Origin: Kiritimatiellia bacterium
Lineage (GTDB): Bacteria > Verrucomicrobiota > Kiritimatiellia > RFP12 > UBA1067
Direction of reading: 5' to 3'
NCBI GenBank assembly: GCA_050949565.1
Contig: JBMNFY010000017.1
Location: forward strand, 1,568,001-1,632,000
DNA: 64,000 nucleotides
Position numbers and translations under genes: made by a program. Position 1 is the stretch's first letter, and each line of letters opens with the position of its first letter. Of this stretch, positions 17,697 through 27,365 are shown piece by piece. The notes under the pieces were generated by a model, which saw only the letters and a program-made list of their open reading frames with translations, did no database searches and had not been told where the DNA came from.

Positions 17697-19565
17697 ATGA
17701 ATCCATCTTCAACCCATTTATCCGGGCACAGCAGGCAGATACACGAGTATGAGGTTCTGGTGGTTGGTGGCGGTCATGCTGGCGTGGAAGCGGCACTTGT
17801 GGCGGCACGCATGGGATGCCGTACCCTTCTGATCACGGGACAGCAGTCGGCGATCGCCAAAATGCCGTGCAATCCATCGATCGGCGGACTGGCCAAATCG
17901 CATCTCGTGGTGGAATTAGATGCGCTCGGCGGTGAAATGGGCATCAATGCGGACCTATGCGGCTTTCAGTTCAAGACGTTGAATGCCAGCCGCGGCCCAG
18001 CCGTCAGGGCCACACGTGTGCAGTGCGACAAACGCCAGTACACACGGCGCATGCAGCAGGTCATTGCAACGGCACCCAATCTGACCGTGCTTGAGGACGA
18101 AGTCACGGCCATCGTCATCGATCAAGGTGTTGTTCACGGCGTGGAATGCGCAGATCACGGTACCGTGTCCGCCTTGACCGTGATTCTGACGACCGGTACG
18201 GCATTGCGCGGACGGATCCACATCGGCGAAGAGGTAACTGCCGGTAGCGGTGATGATCGCCCAGCGGCGGATGCCCTTGCGATTTCGCTACAAAATGCCG
18301 GATTTGAGCTGATTCGACTGAAAACAGGCACTCCGCCCCGGCTTCTGGCGACAAGTATTGCATGGGAAAAGACGCTGATCCAGCCCGGTGAAGAACCACC
18401 TCCATTCTTTTCAATACAGACCAAATGTTCCACGTGGAACATTCCGGGGCCCTGGAAACCCGGTTCAGACCAGATTCCGTGCTGGTTAACCCATACAAAT
18501 GAGCAAACGCACGCGATTATCCGCGATAATTTGTCGCGAAGCTCACTCTACGGCGGCTCAATTACCGGTACAGGTGTGCGATATTGCCCATCGATTGAAG
18601 ACAAAGTCGTTAAATTTACCGAGGCGATGCGCCACCACGTGTTTTTAGAGCCGGAGGGACGCGAGCCGGACGCAATGATCTATCCCGCCGGACTCTCAAA
18701 CAGTCTGCCTCGCGACGTGCAGCGCGATATGGTGCGGAGTGTAGCGGGGCTCGAAGAGGCGGAGTTTCTGGCCGACGGGTATGCCATTGAGTATGATAGT
18801 GTGGATGCCCGCGAGCTACGGCACACCCTCGAAAGCCTGCGCATACGCCATCTTTATCTGGCCGGCCAAGTGAACGGTACAACGGGATATGAAGAGGCCG
18901 CCGCGCAGGGTTTCATGGCAGGCGCGAATGCCGCCTTACAGGTGCAAGGACGCGAACCATTCACCCTCAGCCGTCAGGATGCCTATATCGGGGTGCTGAT
19001 CGACGATCTGGTTACAAAAGGAACCAACGAGCCATACCGCATGTTTACGTCGCGCGCCGAACGCCGCCTGATCTTGCGACAGGATAACGCCCGTTATCGG
19101 CTGATAGAACAGGCCGAACGCCTCGGTGTCGCGCCATTAGTCTGTCGGGCGCAAACCCGTGACTATGCGAGGCAGATCGAAGAGGAACTGGAGCGGTTGC
19201 GCCATGTACGCCAAGAGGGTGTTCCGGCGTTAACACTGCTAGCGCGTCCGGAGATGCGCTATGACTTGCTGCATGAGCGGCGTGAAGACCTGCCGGACGC
19301 CGTAATTGATCAAATCGAGACGCGGATTAAATATCAGGGATACATTGCACAAGAAGAACGGGCCGCAGCGCGGGCTAAAGATGAAGAGGCGGTGGTGATC
19401 CCAGATTGGCTGGATTATCATGCGGTGACGAGCCTGAGATTTGAGAGTCGAGAAAAGTTGATGCGGGTGCGACCTGAAAACCTAGGTCAAGCATCACGCA
19501 TACCCGGCGTCAATCCCGCAGATATCGCGGTGCTGTCACTGATCATCAAGCGCGGACACCTCTGA
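17697..19565 (+). CDS. mnmG: tRNA uridine-5-carboxymethylaminomethyl(34) synthesis enzyme MnmG (GidA)
   Basis: VVGGGHAGVEAA, MPCNPSIGG, RLKTGTPPR, RYCPSIEDK, AGQVNGTTGYEEAAAQG, EPYRMFTSRAE. Confidence 0.97.
   Translation: MNPSSTHLSGHSRQIHEYEVLVVGGGHAGVEAALVAARMGCRTLLITGQQSAIAKMPCNPSIGGLAKSHLVVELDALGGEMGINADLCGFQFKTLNASRGPAVRATRVQCDKRQYTRRMQQVIATAPNLTVLEDEVTAIVIDQGVVHGVECADHGTVSALTVILTTGTALRGRIHIGEEVTAGSGDDRPAADALAISLQNAGFELIRLKTGTPPRLLATSIAWEKTLIQPGEEPPPFFSIQTKCSTWNIPGPWKPGSDQIPCWLTHTNEQTHAIIRDNLSRSSLYGGSITGTGVRYCPSIEDKVVKFTEAMRHHVFLEPEGREPDAMIYPAGLSNSLPRDVQRDMVRSVAGLEEAEFLADGYAIEYDSVDARELRHTLESLRIRHLYLAGQVNGTTGYEEAAAQGFMAGANAALQVQGREPFTLSRQDAYIGVLIDDLVTKGTNEPYRMFTSRAERRLILRQDNARYRLIEQAERLGVAPLVCRAQTRDYARQIEEELERLRHVRQEGVPALTLLARPEMRYDLLHERREDLPDAVIDQIETRIKYQGYIAQEERAAARAKDEEAVVIPDWLDYHAVTSLRFESREKLMRVRPENLGQASRIPGVNPADIAVLSLIIKRGHL
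18426..18441. promoter_or_regulatory. parS site (ParB-binding palindrome) inside mnmG
   Basis: TGTTCCACGTGGAACA; the perfect palindrome extends to 20 bp (18424-18443). Confidence 0.85.
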
Positions 19566-19577
19566 GTCAAAGAGGAG

Positions 19578-19941
19578 TTAGGATTTAGGATTTAGGAGTT
19601 TTTGCGCACATAAAGGCAAGGTCATCAAGATGAGATGAGAAAATTGCTTGTTATGCGACTTTTGAAAGCCAAGTCTCTCGTCTCTCGTTTCTTGTCTCTG
19701 CCACGGGATGGCGGCGTGGACGCCGCCCACAGAACTGGGAACGCATGAAGCCAGAACCCCCAAAAACCGAACCATGCCTTTCCGTGTATTCGGTGTATTC
19801 CGTGGTTAAACAAACCCGGAGCAGCGCTTTTACTCTCAAGATTGCGAGCCACTGCGTGGTCGCAATAAGAGAAGTTGACTCGCAACCCGCGACTGGCGAC
19901 TTGCAGCGCTAGCCCAAAAACTCCTAAATCCTAAATCTTAA
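19578..19941. repeat. Composite MITE-like element bounded by 22-bp perfect inverted repeats
   Basis: ATTTAGGATTTAGGAGTTTTTG (19583-19604) and its reverse complement (19915-19936) enclose nested repeats. Confidence 0.7.
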
Positions 19942-19970
19942 ATGCAAACTCCGCGCGTAGCGCGGTTTGC

Positions 19971-21593
19971 CTACCGCTCCAGAAACCTGCCGCCGCGCAC
20001 ACCGGTGAAACGCCCCTCAGAAAAAGAGAGTACACCGTTGACGATGACATGACACACGCCATGTGCGAATTGATGCGGCTGTGCGTAGGTAGCGGTATCG
20101 GCGAAAAGCTGGGGATCGAACACTGCGATGTCGGCATACGCGCCAACGCGCAACACGCCGCGATCACGCAGACCGAACGCTTGCGCCGGTAGCGTGGTCA
20201 TGCGGCGCACCGCCTCTTCGAGCCCGCAGAGCGCTGCGAAACCCGGTTCGAGGCCCGTCATCAACCGCAAAAAACGGGGCATCGTGCCGTAGGCGCGCGG
20301 GTGGGGGTGATCCTGCCCGAGCGGTCCCCACGGTGCGCGCAGTGAAGCGTCGCTACCGGGCATCACCCAGGGCTGCGCGTAAATCCGACGCAGATTCTCT
20401 AGGCACATACCGAAAAAGAATGCACCGGTACGGGTCTCGTCCGCCTCAATGAAGCGACAGACCGTCTCCCCGGGCGTAAGTCCGAGCATGTCTGCGGCCT
20501 CGGCCAGCGTACGTCCGCTGAAAACACGGACGGTCTCACTCCAGCCGCCCCCGATCATGACGGAAGTCCAGTCATGTCCACTATCGTTTAGTTCGTCCTC
20601 AATCCGTACGCGTATCGCCGGATCACGCAGGTTGGCGAGGATCGCGTCGCGTCCGCCTGCCGAGGCCCAGTCCGGTAACACCACATCAAGGTCAGTGCCA
20701 GAAGCGGTGTAGGGGTAACGGTCGCTGTGCACTGGTACGCCGTCGTCACGTGCGGTATTGATTCGTTCTAGTGTGGTCTCAATCTTATGCCAGTTGGCGG
20801 GGCCTGCGGTTTTGAGATGGGAGATCTGCACACGAATACCAGTACGACGCGACAGCTCCAGAACGTCCTCAACCGACTCGACCAGATACTTGCCTTCGCT
20901 GCGCATGTGAGTAGCGTACATCCCGCCGCGCGTAGCGGCGGTGCGAGCGAGTGTGGTTATCTCCTCCGGCTCGGCGTATTTGCCGGGCTGGTAGAGTAGT
21001 CCCGTAGAGAGTCCCCATCCACCCTCATCAAGCGCTTGTTCTAAATTGCGACACATTGCCTGTAGGTCATCCAGAGTGGCCGGACGTGGCTCATAGCCCA
21101 TCACGCCAGCGCGCAGCGTATTATGGCCGATGAACTGAACGGTGTTAAGAGCTGGGCGAACTGCATCAAAAAGCGAACGATAGCTGGCCACGGTGGTCCA
21201 AGCGGGCGCAGTAGGGGTGGGGCTGAGCGTCTGTGTAGCGGCGTCGAAGTGCGGATAGAGGTGTGAGGCCCAATCGGACGAGAGACGCGCACGCCCCAGA
21301 CGTGGCACAGCCGAGCCGCCGCACTGGCCGTTGATTTCGGTGGTGATACCCTGCGCGAGCTTGCTGGGCGCGTCAGGCTCCAGTAGCAGATAGGCGTCCG
21401 AGTGCGCGTGCGCGTCGATAAAGCCCGGCGCGACAACCATTCCGGTGGCGTCGATACACCGATCCGCCTTGGCCGCAGCCAGATCGCCGATCGCCGCGAT
21501 GCGGTCGCGTTGTATTCCGACATCCGCCACGCGCGCCGCCGCGCCTGTGCCGTCTATGACCGTGCCGCCCTTCAACAGAATATCGATTTGCAT
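19971..21593 (-). CDS. N-acyl-D-amino-acid deacylase (D-aminoacylase), amidohydrolase family
   Basis: GGTVIDGTG, APGFIDAHAHSD, GQCG, ATHMRSEG, ISHLK, HPHPRAYGT, GAYADIAVFDP. Confidence 0.9.
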   Translation of the reverse strand: MQIDILLKGGTVIDGTGAAARVADVGIQRDRIAAIGDLAAAKADRCIDATGMVVAPGFIDAHAHSDAYLLLEPDAPSKLAQGITTEINGQCGGSAVPRLGRARLSSDWASHLYPHFDAATQTLSPTPTAPAWTTVASYRSLFDAVRPALNTVQFIGHNTLRAGVMGYEPRPATLDDLQAMCRNLEQALDEGGWGLSTGLLYQPGKYAEPEEITTLARTAATRGGMYATHMRSEGKYLVESVEDVLELSRRTGIRVQISHLKTAGPANWHKIETTLERINTARDDGVPVHSDRYPYTASGTDLDVVLPDWASAGGRDAILANLRDPAIRVRIEDELNDSGHDWTSVMIGGGWSETVRVFSGRTLAEAADMLGLTPGETVCRFIEADETRTGAFFFGMCLENLRRIYAQPWVMPGSDASLRAPWGPLGQDHPHPRAYGTMPRFLRLMTGLEPGFAALCGLEEAVRRMTTLPAQAFGLRDRGVLRVGAYADIAVFDPQLFADTATYAQPHQFAHGVCHVIVNGVLSFSEGRFTGVRGGRFLER

Positions 21594-21619
21594 CTTCGGC
21601 CCCTATACAAAATGCGCGT

Positions 21620-21684
21620 CCGGTTCTGTGGGCGGTGTTTACGCCGCCGGGCAAGCAGACGCTAGCCCCTCCCGGCGCTCCGCA
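21620..21684. repeat. REP-like composite palindrome
   Basis: CCGGTTCTGTGGGCGGTGTTTACGCCGCC-GGGCAAGCAGACGCTAGCCCCTCCC; closely matches 50947 and 53049. Confidence 0.8.
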
Positions 21685-21727
21685 AGTAATGAAACTCGAA
21701 ACCTTATCAGCCCTTTGCACCCGTCGC

Positions 21728-22240
21728 CTACAAGTGCTGTGTTCCACTCAATAGAGCAACCACTTGCTGCTGAACTTCGTCGAGACGGTCGAGCCGCAAG
21801 CGCGGATCGAGCACCACGAAAGTATCACCGCTCTTCTTGTGCTCGTACACGCGCAAGATGCCGCCGCTCTCGTGGGGTTTGGCGTCCCGCTCGACCAACT
21901 GTTTGCCGCGCTCCAGCATCACGGCCAGCACGTACATGACATTCTGCATCGCTGGATCTTCGAGTGTGATCAGGCGACGCAACAGACTTTCAGCCGTCTC
22001 TTTCTTGAGCGGCTCGTCTTTCTCCGGCGGTGGGGGAGGCGCTTCGTAAACACCCTCCCAGATGCTGAAAGGCTCCCAGTCGCGTACCAATTCCTGCCAG
22101 CAGACAGGGTGGTAGTCCAGCCGCTCATAGGTGTTTTCGGCCTCGCGCAGCACCGAGACGCAAGGCGTCTCATCGGCAAACGGCTGCGCGCAGACCGAAC
22201 AAACATGGCCACGCGGGCGGATGTTCCACTCTTGTGCCAT
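21728..22240 (-). CDS. Hypothetical protein with N-terminal CxxC (possible Zn-binding)
   Basis: CSVC...HPVC; YVLAVMLERGK; abuts the upstream gene's stop; coding-like composition. Confidence 0.7.
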   Translation of the reverse strand: MAQEWNIRPRGHVCSVCAQPFADETPCVSVLREAENTYERLDYHPVCWQELVRDWEPFSIWEGVYEAPPPPPEKDEPLKKETAESLLRRLITLEDPAMQNVMYVLAVMLERGKQLVERDAKPHESGGILRVYEHKKSGDTFVVLDPRLRLDRLDEVQQQVVALLSGTQHL

Positions 22241-23638
22241 TTACACCTTCATGTTCAGCGTCCATGCACCGCGCATCGGTGCAGAGAGCAGTTTGTCAGC
22301 CTCGGCGTCGTTCACGAAACGCTCAGTCTTGGGATTCCACTTGACTTGCTTGCGTCCCAAACGCAGGCCGATATTGGCCAAGTGGGCGATAGAGATGGAA
22401 CGGTGCCCAATCTCACAGGTCGTGATAGTCGGCTCGCCGCTGTACACACAATCGATGAAGTTGCGCTCGTGCTGACCGCTCTTGTAGAGGTTAATCTCGT
22501 GCTCTTGGATCTTCTCGCGGATCAGCTCTTGCGGCTTCATTTCCAGCTTGCCGCGTGTTACGAAGATCTCCTTGCCGCCCTCGCCGATGAAACGCACGCC
22601 GTTGGGATTCTTGTTCGAGACAAAGACGCGTGTACCCTCAGCATAAACCACCTCGAAGCTGTAGTTCGCGGCAGTGTTGAAGACCGCATCGACCGGCGGT
22701 AGATCACTCTCGAGGTTCTCGATCGCCACTGGACCGCTATCGTCTTTACCGAGCGCCCACTGTACGATGTCGAGATGGTGCGCGCCCCAGTCGGTAATCA
22801 TGCCCCCGGAGTAGTCGAGGTTAGCGCGCCAAGATAGGGGATTGTGCAAGCCAGGAATAAACGGGCGCTTCTTGGCCGGACCGAGCCACATGTCGAAATC
22901 AACGTGCGGCGGCGGCTGGGGCAGCGGATCCAGACTCGCATCCGCGCCGGTCTTGCCGAAAAGGCTGTGACCGCCCGGTAGCCCCACAATGATCTTTTGC
23001 AACTTGCCGATGCGGCCGTTGCGGATAAACTCGCACGCCATGCGGAAGTAGTTGTCCGAGCGTTGCTGCGAGCCGGTTTGGAATGTGATACCTGCCTTCG
23101 CGACCTCATTGGCCATCGCACGCCCCTCGGCAATGCAGAGGGTCATCGGTTTCTGGCAGTAGATGTGCTTGCCTTTGCGCGCGGCCCAGATCGCCTGAAT
23201 CGCGTGCCAGTGGTCGGGCGTGCTGATTACCACGGCGTCCAGGCCGTCCATATTCAGCATCTCGCGGAAGTCACCATACACCGCGCAACCGTTGTAATCC
23301 GGACGGTTCAGCTTCTTGGCATAGAACTCATTGACGCGACGGCGGCCCGGCTCGCGACCGCCCTGCCGCTCAGCGCGGTAACCGTACAGGCCGGATTCCT
23401 TATTGCAGTCGGCGATCGCGACGACCTGCACCCGGTCGTTATTCAGGAAGTTGCCGATGTTGTCGTGCGCCATCGTGCCGTAACCGATAAAGCCAACGTT
23501 GAGGCGTTCGGACGGCAGCGGACGACGCGCGGTCACGCCTTTGGCGCTGACACATCCGGATGACAGAATGGTCGGAACGGCCAGCGCGGCGCCCGTTCCG
23601 GCTAGAAAGTGACGCCGTGAAACGTTGATCGTGCTCAT
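22241..23638 (-). CDS. Tat-exported Gfo/Idh/MocA-family oxidoreductase
   Basis: SRRHFL Tat motif, VGFIGYG, ISTPDHWH, HIYCQKP, QTGSQQRS, DWGAHHLD; GGAG RBS before ATG 23638. Confidence 0.92.
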   Translation of the reverse strand: MSTINVSRRHFLAGTGAALAVPTILSSGCVSAKGVTARRPLPSERLNVGFIGYGTMAHDNIGNFLNNDRVQVVAIADCNKESGLYGYRAERQGGREPGRRRVNEFYAKKLNRPDYNGCAVYGDFREMLNMDGLDAVVISTPDHWHAIQAIWAARKGKHIYCQKPMTLCIAEGRAMANEVAKAGITFQTGSQQRSDNYFRMACEFIRNGRIGKLQKIIVGLPGGHSLFGKTGADASLDPLPQPPPHVDFDMWLGPAKKRPFIPGLHNPLSWRANLDYSGGMITDWGAHHLDIVQWALGKDDSGPVAIENLESDLPPVDAVFNTAANYSFEVVYAEGTRVFVSNKNPNGVRFIGEGGKEIFVTRGKLEMKPQELIREKIQEHEINLYKSGQHERNFIDCVYSGEPTITTCEIGHRSISIAHLANIGLRLGRKQVKWNPKTERFVNDAEADKLLSAPMRGAWTLNMKV

Positions 23639-23723
23639 GATTTCTCCCCTGATGAGTGAAAGTAAAAGATGAATTGAGTTCAGGGGTATCGTATCACGTC
23701 GGTCTGAATGAGACAAGCGAGAG

Positions 23724-23762
23724 AAAAAACAGCAGAGCCCGCGGCAATGCCGCAGGCTCCGC
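23724..23762 (-). terminator. Rho-independent terminator
   Basis: Minus strand GCGGAGCCTGCGGC-att-GCCGCGGGCTCTGC followed by TGTTTTTT. Confidence 0.7.
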
Positions 23763-23803
23763 ATGTCGTCTTAAATCAGACAGTCGTTATCGGGGTATCG
23801 TGC

Positions 23804-25366
23804 TTACTCCACGCGCGCCCGGATAAATTTGCCGGCTACCTCATTCACTACGAACGTGACCACCTCACCAGGGGTGTCGATGGTGAACGAGAACTCCGTC
23901 GTCGCGCCCAGCGCGGTCAGGTCGTCACCGGTCCGTACCGTCAGTGTACCGTTGATGCTCTTGAAGTTCACCGTCGGGCTGGTCGCTTCGACTGTGATCG
24001 TCGCCTTCTCAGTGGTCGGATCATAGACGATTGAAGTGATTTCAATCCCCGTGTCGACACCTACACCAACGTTCATCAGGTAGTTGTCGAGGTAGTCTGC
24101 GGCATTCGCAACGACATCCGCCAAGGTCAGGCTGTTGGCGACGGCCCATGAAGCCAACTTGTCAGCCGGAACCGTCGCATACGTCCCGGTCAGACCGGTC
24201 TGGATGGTGCCGGTGTACAGGCCAGCTTCGATCGTGGCCGTACGGCCGGCGACATCCGCCGAAATCGTACCGGTCACGTTGGTAACCAACTCGCCTGGCG
24301 TATCGCCAATCCACTCGATGCCATCGCCGCCGATGCTGTTGATCTGGTACCAGTCTTCGGTATAGATCTTCAGTGTGGCACCGCTGGTGATGGTCGCGTT
24401 CGACGCGACACCTGCATCATTCACATCGAACACGTTCAGCAGATTGTCGTTGAAGACCAGCGTGAGGGTCAGACCCGCGCCGCCGCCGAAGGGCGTGTGA
24501 TAATCCGCGACGACCAGATCATCCACATAGCCAGTACCCTGGAAGGAGACCTGATTGAGGGCGGAATTGCCGCCGCCCGTACCACCAGCCGACAGCGCGA
24601 AGAAAAAGGAACCACCGGTGAGGGTATTCTCGTCTACCGCGCCGTTGGCATGGGTCAGCTTGGTTCCATCCAGATAGATCTCGAGGGCTGGCGTCAGAAA
24701 GGTGGCATCAACTGCCAGCTTGATCGTGAGGCGGTACCACTGCTCGGGATCAATGGTTATAGCGTCGAAAACACTGTTCGTAAGCGTAAAAGTAAACCCG
24801 TCGGTGAACTTGTGACAGACCACCAAGTTAGAGCTGGCATTCACGAAGATCGCAGCTTTGAGCACTCCATCATCGGTGACCTCAGGATCATCTTCGCTCG
24901 GCGTGAATTTGATCAACGTGTCAACGTAGACCGGCGCGCTTATGAACGAGATCGGAACCGGCTGAGTCAGCGGGATGCCCGTTCCCGAACCATCGTCGAT
25001 GTCCTGAAACGCAACATAGCGCGTCAGCGTCTGACCTTCGGTCTCAAGCTTGAGCGCCTGTTCCTGCGCGTTGGCCTCAGCGATCGGACGGGTGTTTTTC
25101 GTGTAGGACCCCTCGAACGCCTGAATGGTCGAAGCATCGCCAGCTCCGGCTTCCCACGCCAAGTTAGTAGCCGTTTGCTGAGAACTAATGTCCCAGACAT
25201 AGGCCTTGTACATCCCGGCTGCGTTGCCGATCACTGCATTCGTGAGACCGGCTCCTTCGGCCTCGAAATTATCCGAGACCCAAATTGTTTGTGCCGATGC
25301 CGTGAGCGCAAAAGCGCCCGCGCACACCGACAAAAACTGTAGCATACGCTTTGAAGTCAGGTTCAT
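23804..25366 (-). CDS. Secreted acidic beta-rich protein of unknown function (possible surface-layer-type protein)
   Basis: Signal peptide ...ALTASA|Q; GGAGG RBS; own terminator; C-terminus GKFIRARVE. Confidence 0.75.
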   Translation of the reverse strand: MNLTSKRMLQFLSVCAGAFALTASAQTIWVSDNFEAEGAGLTNAVIGNAAGMYKAYVWDISSQQTATNLAWEAGAGDASTIQAFEGSYTKNTRPIAEANAQEQALKLETEGQTLTRYVAFQDIDDGSGTGIPLTQPVPISFISAPVYVDTLIKFTPSEDDPEVTDDGVLKAAIFVNASSNLVVCHKFTDGFTFTLTNSVFDAITIDPEQWYRLTIKLAVDATFLTPALEIYLDGTKLTHANGAVDENTLTGGSFFFALSAGGTGGGNSALNQVSFQGTGYVDDLVVADYHTPFGGGAGLTLTLVFNDNLLNVFDVNDAGVASNATITSGATLKIYTEDWYQINSIGGDGIEWIGDTPGELVTNVTGTISADVAGRTATIEAGLYTGTIQTGLTGTYATVPADKLASWAVANSLTLADVVANAADYLDNYLMNVGVGVDTGIEITSIVYDPTTEKATITVEATSPTVNFKSINGTLTVRTGDDLTALGATTEFSFTIDTPGEVVTFVVNEVAGKFIRARVE

Positions 25367-25808
25367 TAAGAAACCCTCCTATTTGTGCGTTAATTGACTG
25401 TAACTTCCAAAATCTCGACAGACAGAGAGAAAGCACCCGCCTTCTGTGCCGTCAATCGAGACCATTCTTTCGTTGTATGACACAGATTAACCCAAACGGC
25501 GCAAACCTTGCAAGCCTAAAACAGGTTTTTGGGTGTTTTTTTTCGAGTTTTCTTCGCCCAGTTATTTTCTCACATAAACCTTACGAAAATCTTACAGAAA
25601 GCGCGAAGAACACGAAGGTTTTCGGGGGCAGGGATCGGGTTTATCATCCACAGATTTACAAGATGGCACAGATTATTCAGATTTTTTTGGGCAGGAAGAT
25701 TTTTTTACCACGAAACACACGAAAAAATCGCGTGGCAGGCCAAATCCCAAATCCTAAATTTCGATGGGTGCTCTGAACCCGATCTCGATAGTTCCGTGAG
25801 ACCCAAAG

Positions 25809-25882
25809 TGGTTGCCTCATTAGGATTCGAACCTAAACAAGCAGATCCAGAGTCTGCTGTGCTACCGTTACACCATGAGGCA
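25809..25882 (-). tRNA. tRNA-Gln (anticodon CTG)
   Basis: Cloverleaf: acceptor TGCCTCA/TGAGGCA, anticodon arm GCAGA-CTCTGGA-TCTGC, T-arm TTAGG-TTCGAAT-CCTAA, encoded CCA. Confidence 0.97.
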
Positions 25883-25956
25883 AAAACAATGGTCCCGTGA
25901 AAAAGAGAAGGGGAAGATCATACCTGAGCCGAGCCGGTAAAATCAACCCTGTTTTT

Positions 25957-27051
25957 TCAACTAATGCGCAGTGGCATCAAGACGTACAGGAAAGGCACAT
26001 TGCATTTAAGTAGCGCCGGACTGTGACCATCGTTCATTTCAAGGTAGACCTCGTCGTCGTCAATGTTCTTCAATGGATCCATGACGTACTCGGGATTGAA
26101 AATGATCGAGATCTCTTTGCCAGCGTATTTGACGGGGAGTGTGTCGCGCCCTTCGCCAACATCCGGTGTGTTGATGCTAATGGTCAATTGATTGGCTGAA
26201 AAGGTCAGACGCGTGGCATTTGACTTGTCCGTTGTGACGACGGACACACGCCGCAACGCCGACAGCAGCGCTTCGCGCTCAATCACGACACGCTCATCGC
26301 ACGCTCCAGGAATGACTTGGCGATAGTTGGGATAAACGCCGTCAATCAGCTTACTGCTCATCATCGTCGTGCCAATCTCAAAAACTGCCTGATTCGTCTG
26401 GGCGTACACTTTGAGGTCGCCTTCGTTGCTGAGCAGGCGCATAAGTTCGGTCACAGCCTTGTTGGGCAGAATCAATTCGGCTTCTGCCTCCGGCGGAAAC
26501 TCGATCTCCTGCTCAACCAGGGCCAAACGACGCCCGTCTGTTGCAACCATCGTCAGCTTGTTATCTTTAAACGCCATCAGTACGCCGTTCAGCACGCGGC
26601 GAGTTTCGTCCTGCGAGATCGCATAACTGGTTTTGCGTAACATCTCGCGTAACACACCCTGATCAATGCGGTAGCAGAATTTCCCCTCGGTGACCGGCAC
26701 CGGCGGGAAATCACGGACAGACATGCCAATGATCTTAAAGTAGGATGATCCAGACTGCACGGTAGCCACGTCGTCCTCATCGACCTCAACCATGATCTTG
26801 CCTTCATCCAATTCGCGGATGATGCTGGCCAATCGACGGATAGGCAGTGTCGTGCTTCCGGGTTCTTCGATCTGACACTCGACATAGCAGCGCTCAGAAA
26901 TATCGAGATCTGTCGTGGTCATGCAGAGGCGATCGCCCTCCGCTTCGATCATCGCATTCTGCAAAATCTGCAACGTTCCTCTACCAGAAACAACGTTCTG
27001 GATTCTCTGCAAGCCATCAAGAAACTTGGACCGGACAATGGAAAACTTCAT
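25957..27051 (-). CDS. dnaN: DNA polymerase III beta clamp
   Basis: TTTDLD, DETRRVLNG, VATDGRRL, LIDGVYPNY, FNPEYVMD, YVLMPLR. Confidence 0.97.
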   Translation of the reverse strand: MKFSIVRSKFLDGLQRIQNVVSGRGTLQILQNAMIEAEGDRLCMTTTDLDISERCYVECQIEEPGSTTLPIRRLASIIRELDEGKIMVEVDEDDVATVQSGSSYFKIIGMSVRDFPPVPVTEGKFCYRIDQGVLREMLRKTSYAISQDETRRVLNGVLMAFKDNKLTMVATDGRRLALVEQEIEFPPEAEAELILPNKAVTELMRLLSNEGDLKVYAQTNQAVFEIGTTMMSSKLIDGVYPNYRQVIPGACDERVVIEREALLSALRRVSVVTTDKSNATRLTFSANQLTISINTPDVGEGRDTLPVKYAGKEISIIFNPEYVMDPLKNIDDDEVYLEMNDGHSPALLKCNVPFLYVLMPLRIS

Positions 27052-27365
27052 TTCCTAAACTCCTCTAAAAACGTCCCCACTTTTTCCGCTTTTAGGGACG
27101 TGAAGCCTCTAGTGTAGCGGAATAGGGGTATTAAAGTAAAGAATGATTAGAAGTAACAGTAAGCAAGAAAGATTCTGTTAAAAAAGACATAACATCCTGA
27201 TTCTCAGAGGGTTGAGCCAATCTCTAGACCAACGGTAACCTGTTGACAAGAGGGTGGGATATGAACAGCGGGGAGGATATGAAAAAAGTGCATGGTGATA
27301 AGTCGGGAGAAATTGAAAAGTGGTGAACGTCATGCCATCAGGATATCGACAGGTTATCAAGAGGG
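27052..27365. other. oriC unwinding region between dnaA and dnaN
   Basis: Eight NAN trios (27139-27162, AAG AAT GAT TAG AAG TAA CAG TAA), box-like TGTTAAAAA (27176), IHF match (27190-27202), further boxes at 27241, 27259, 27293, 27343 and 27354. Confidence 0.8.

Noticed and set aside
17054-17752. Short ORFs upstream of mnmG (also 19578-19885, 25351-25900 and 44723-45296)
   Set aside because: They are built from repeat mosaics, open on both strands, with no RBS or recognisable domain.
25809-25882. tRNA as prophage or island attachment site
   Set aside because: No integrase and no duplicated tRNA 3' end was seen in the window.
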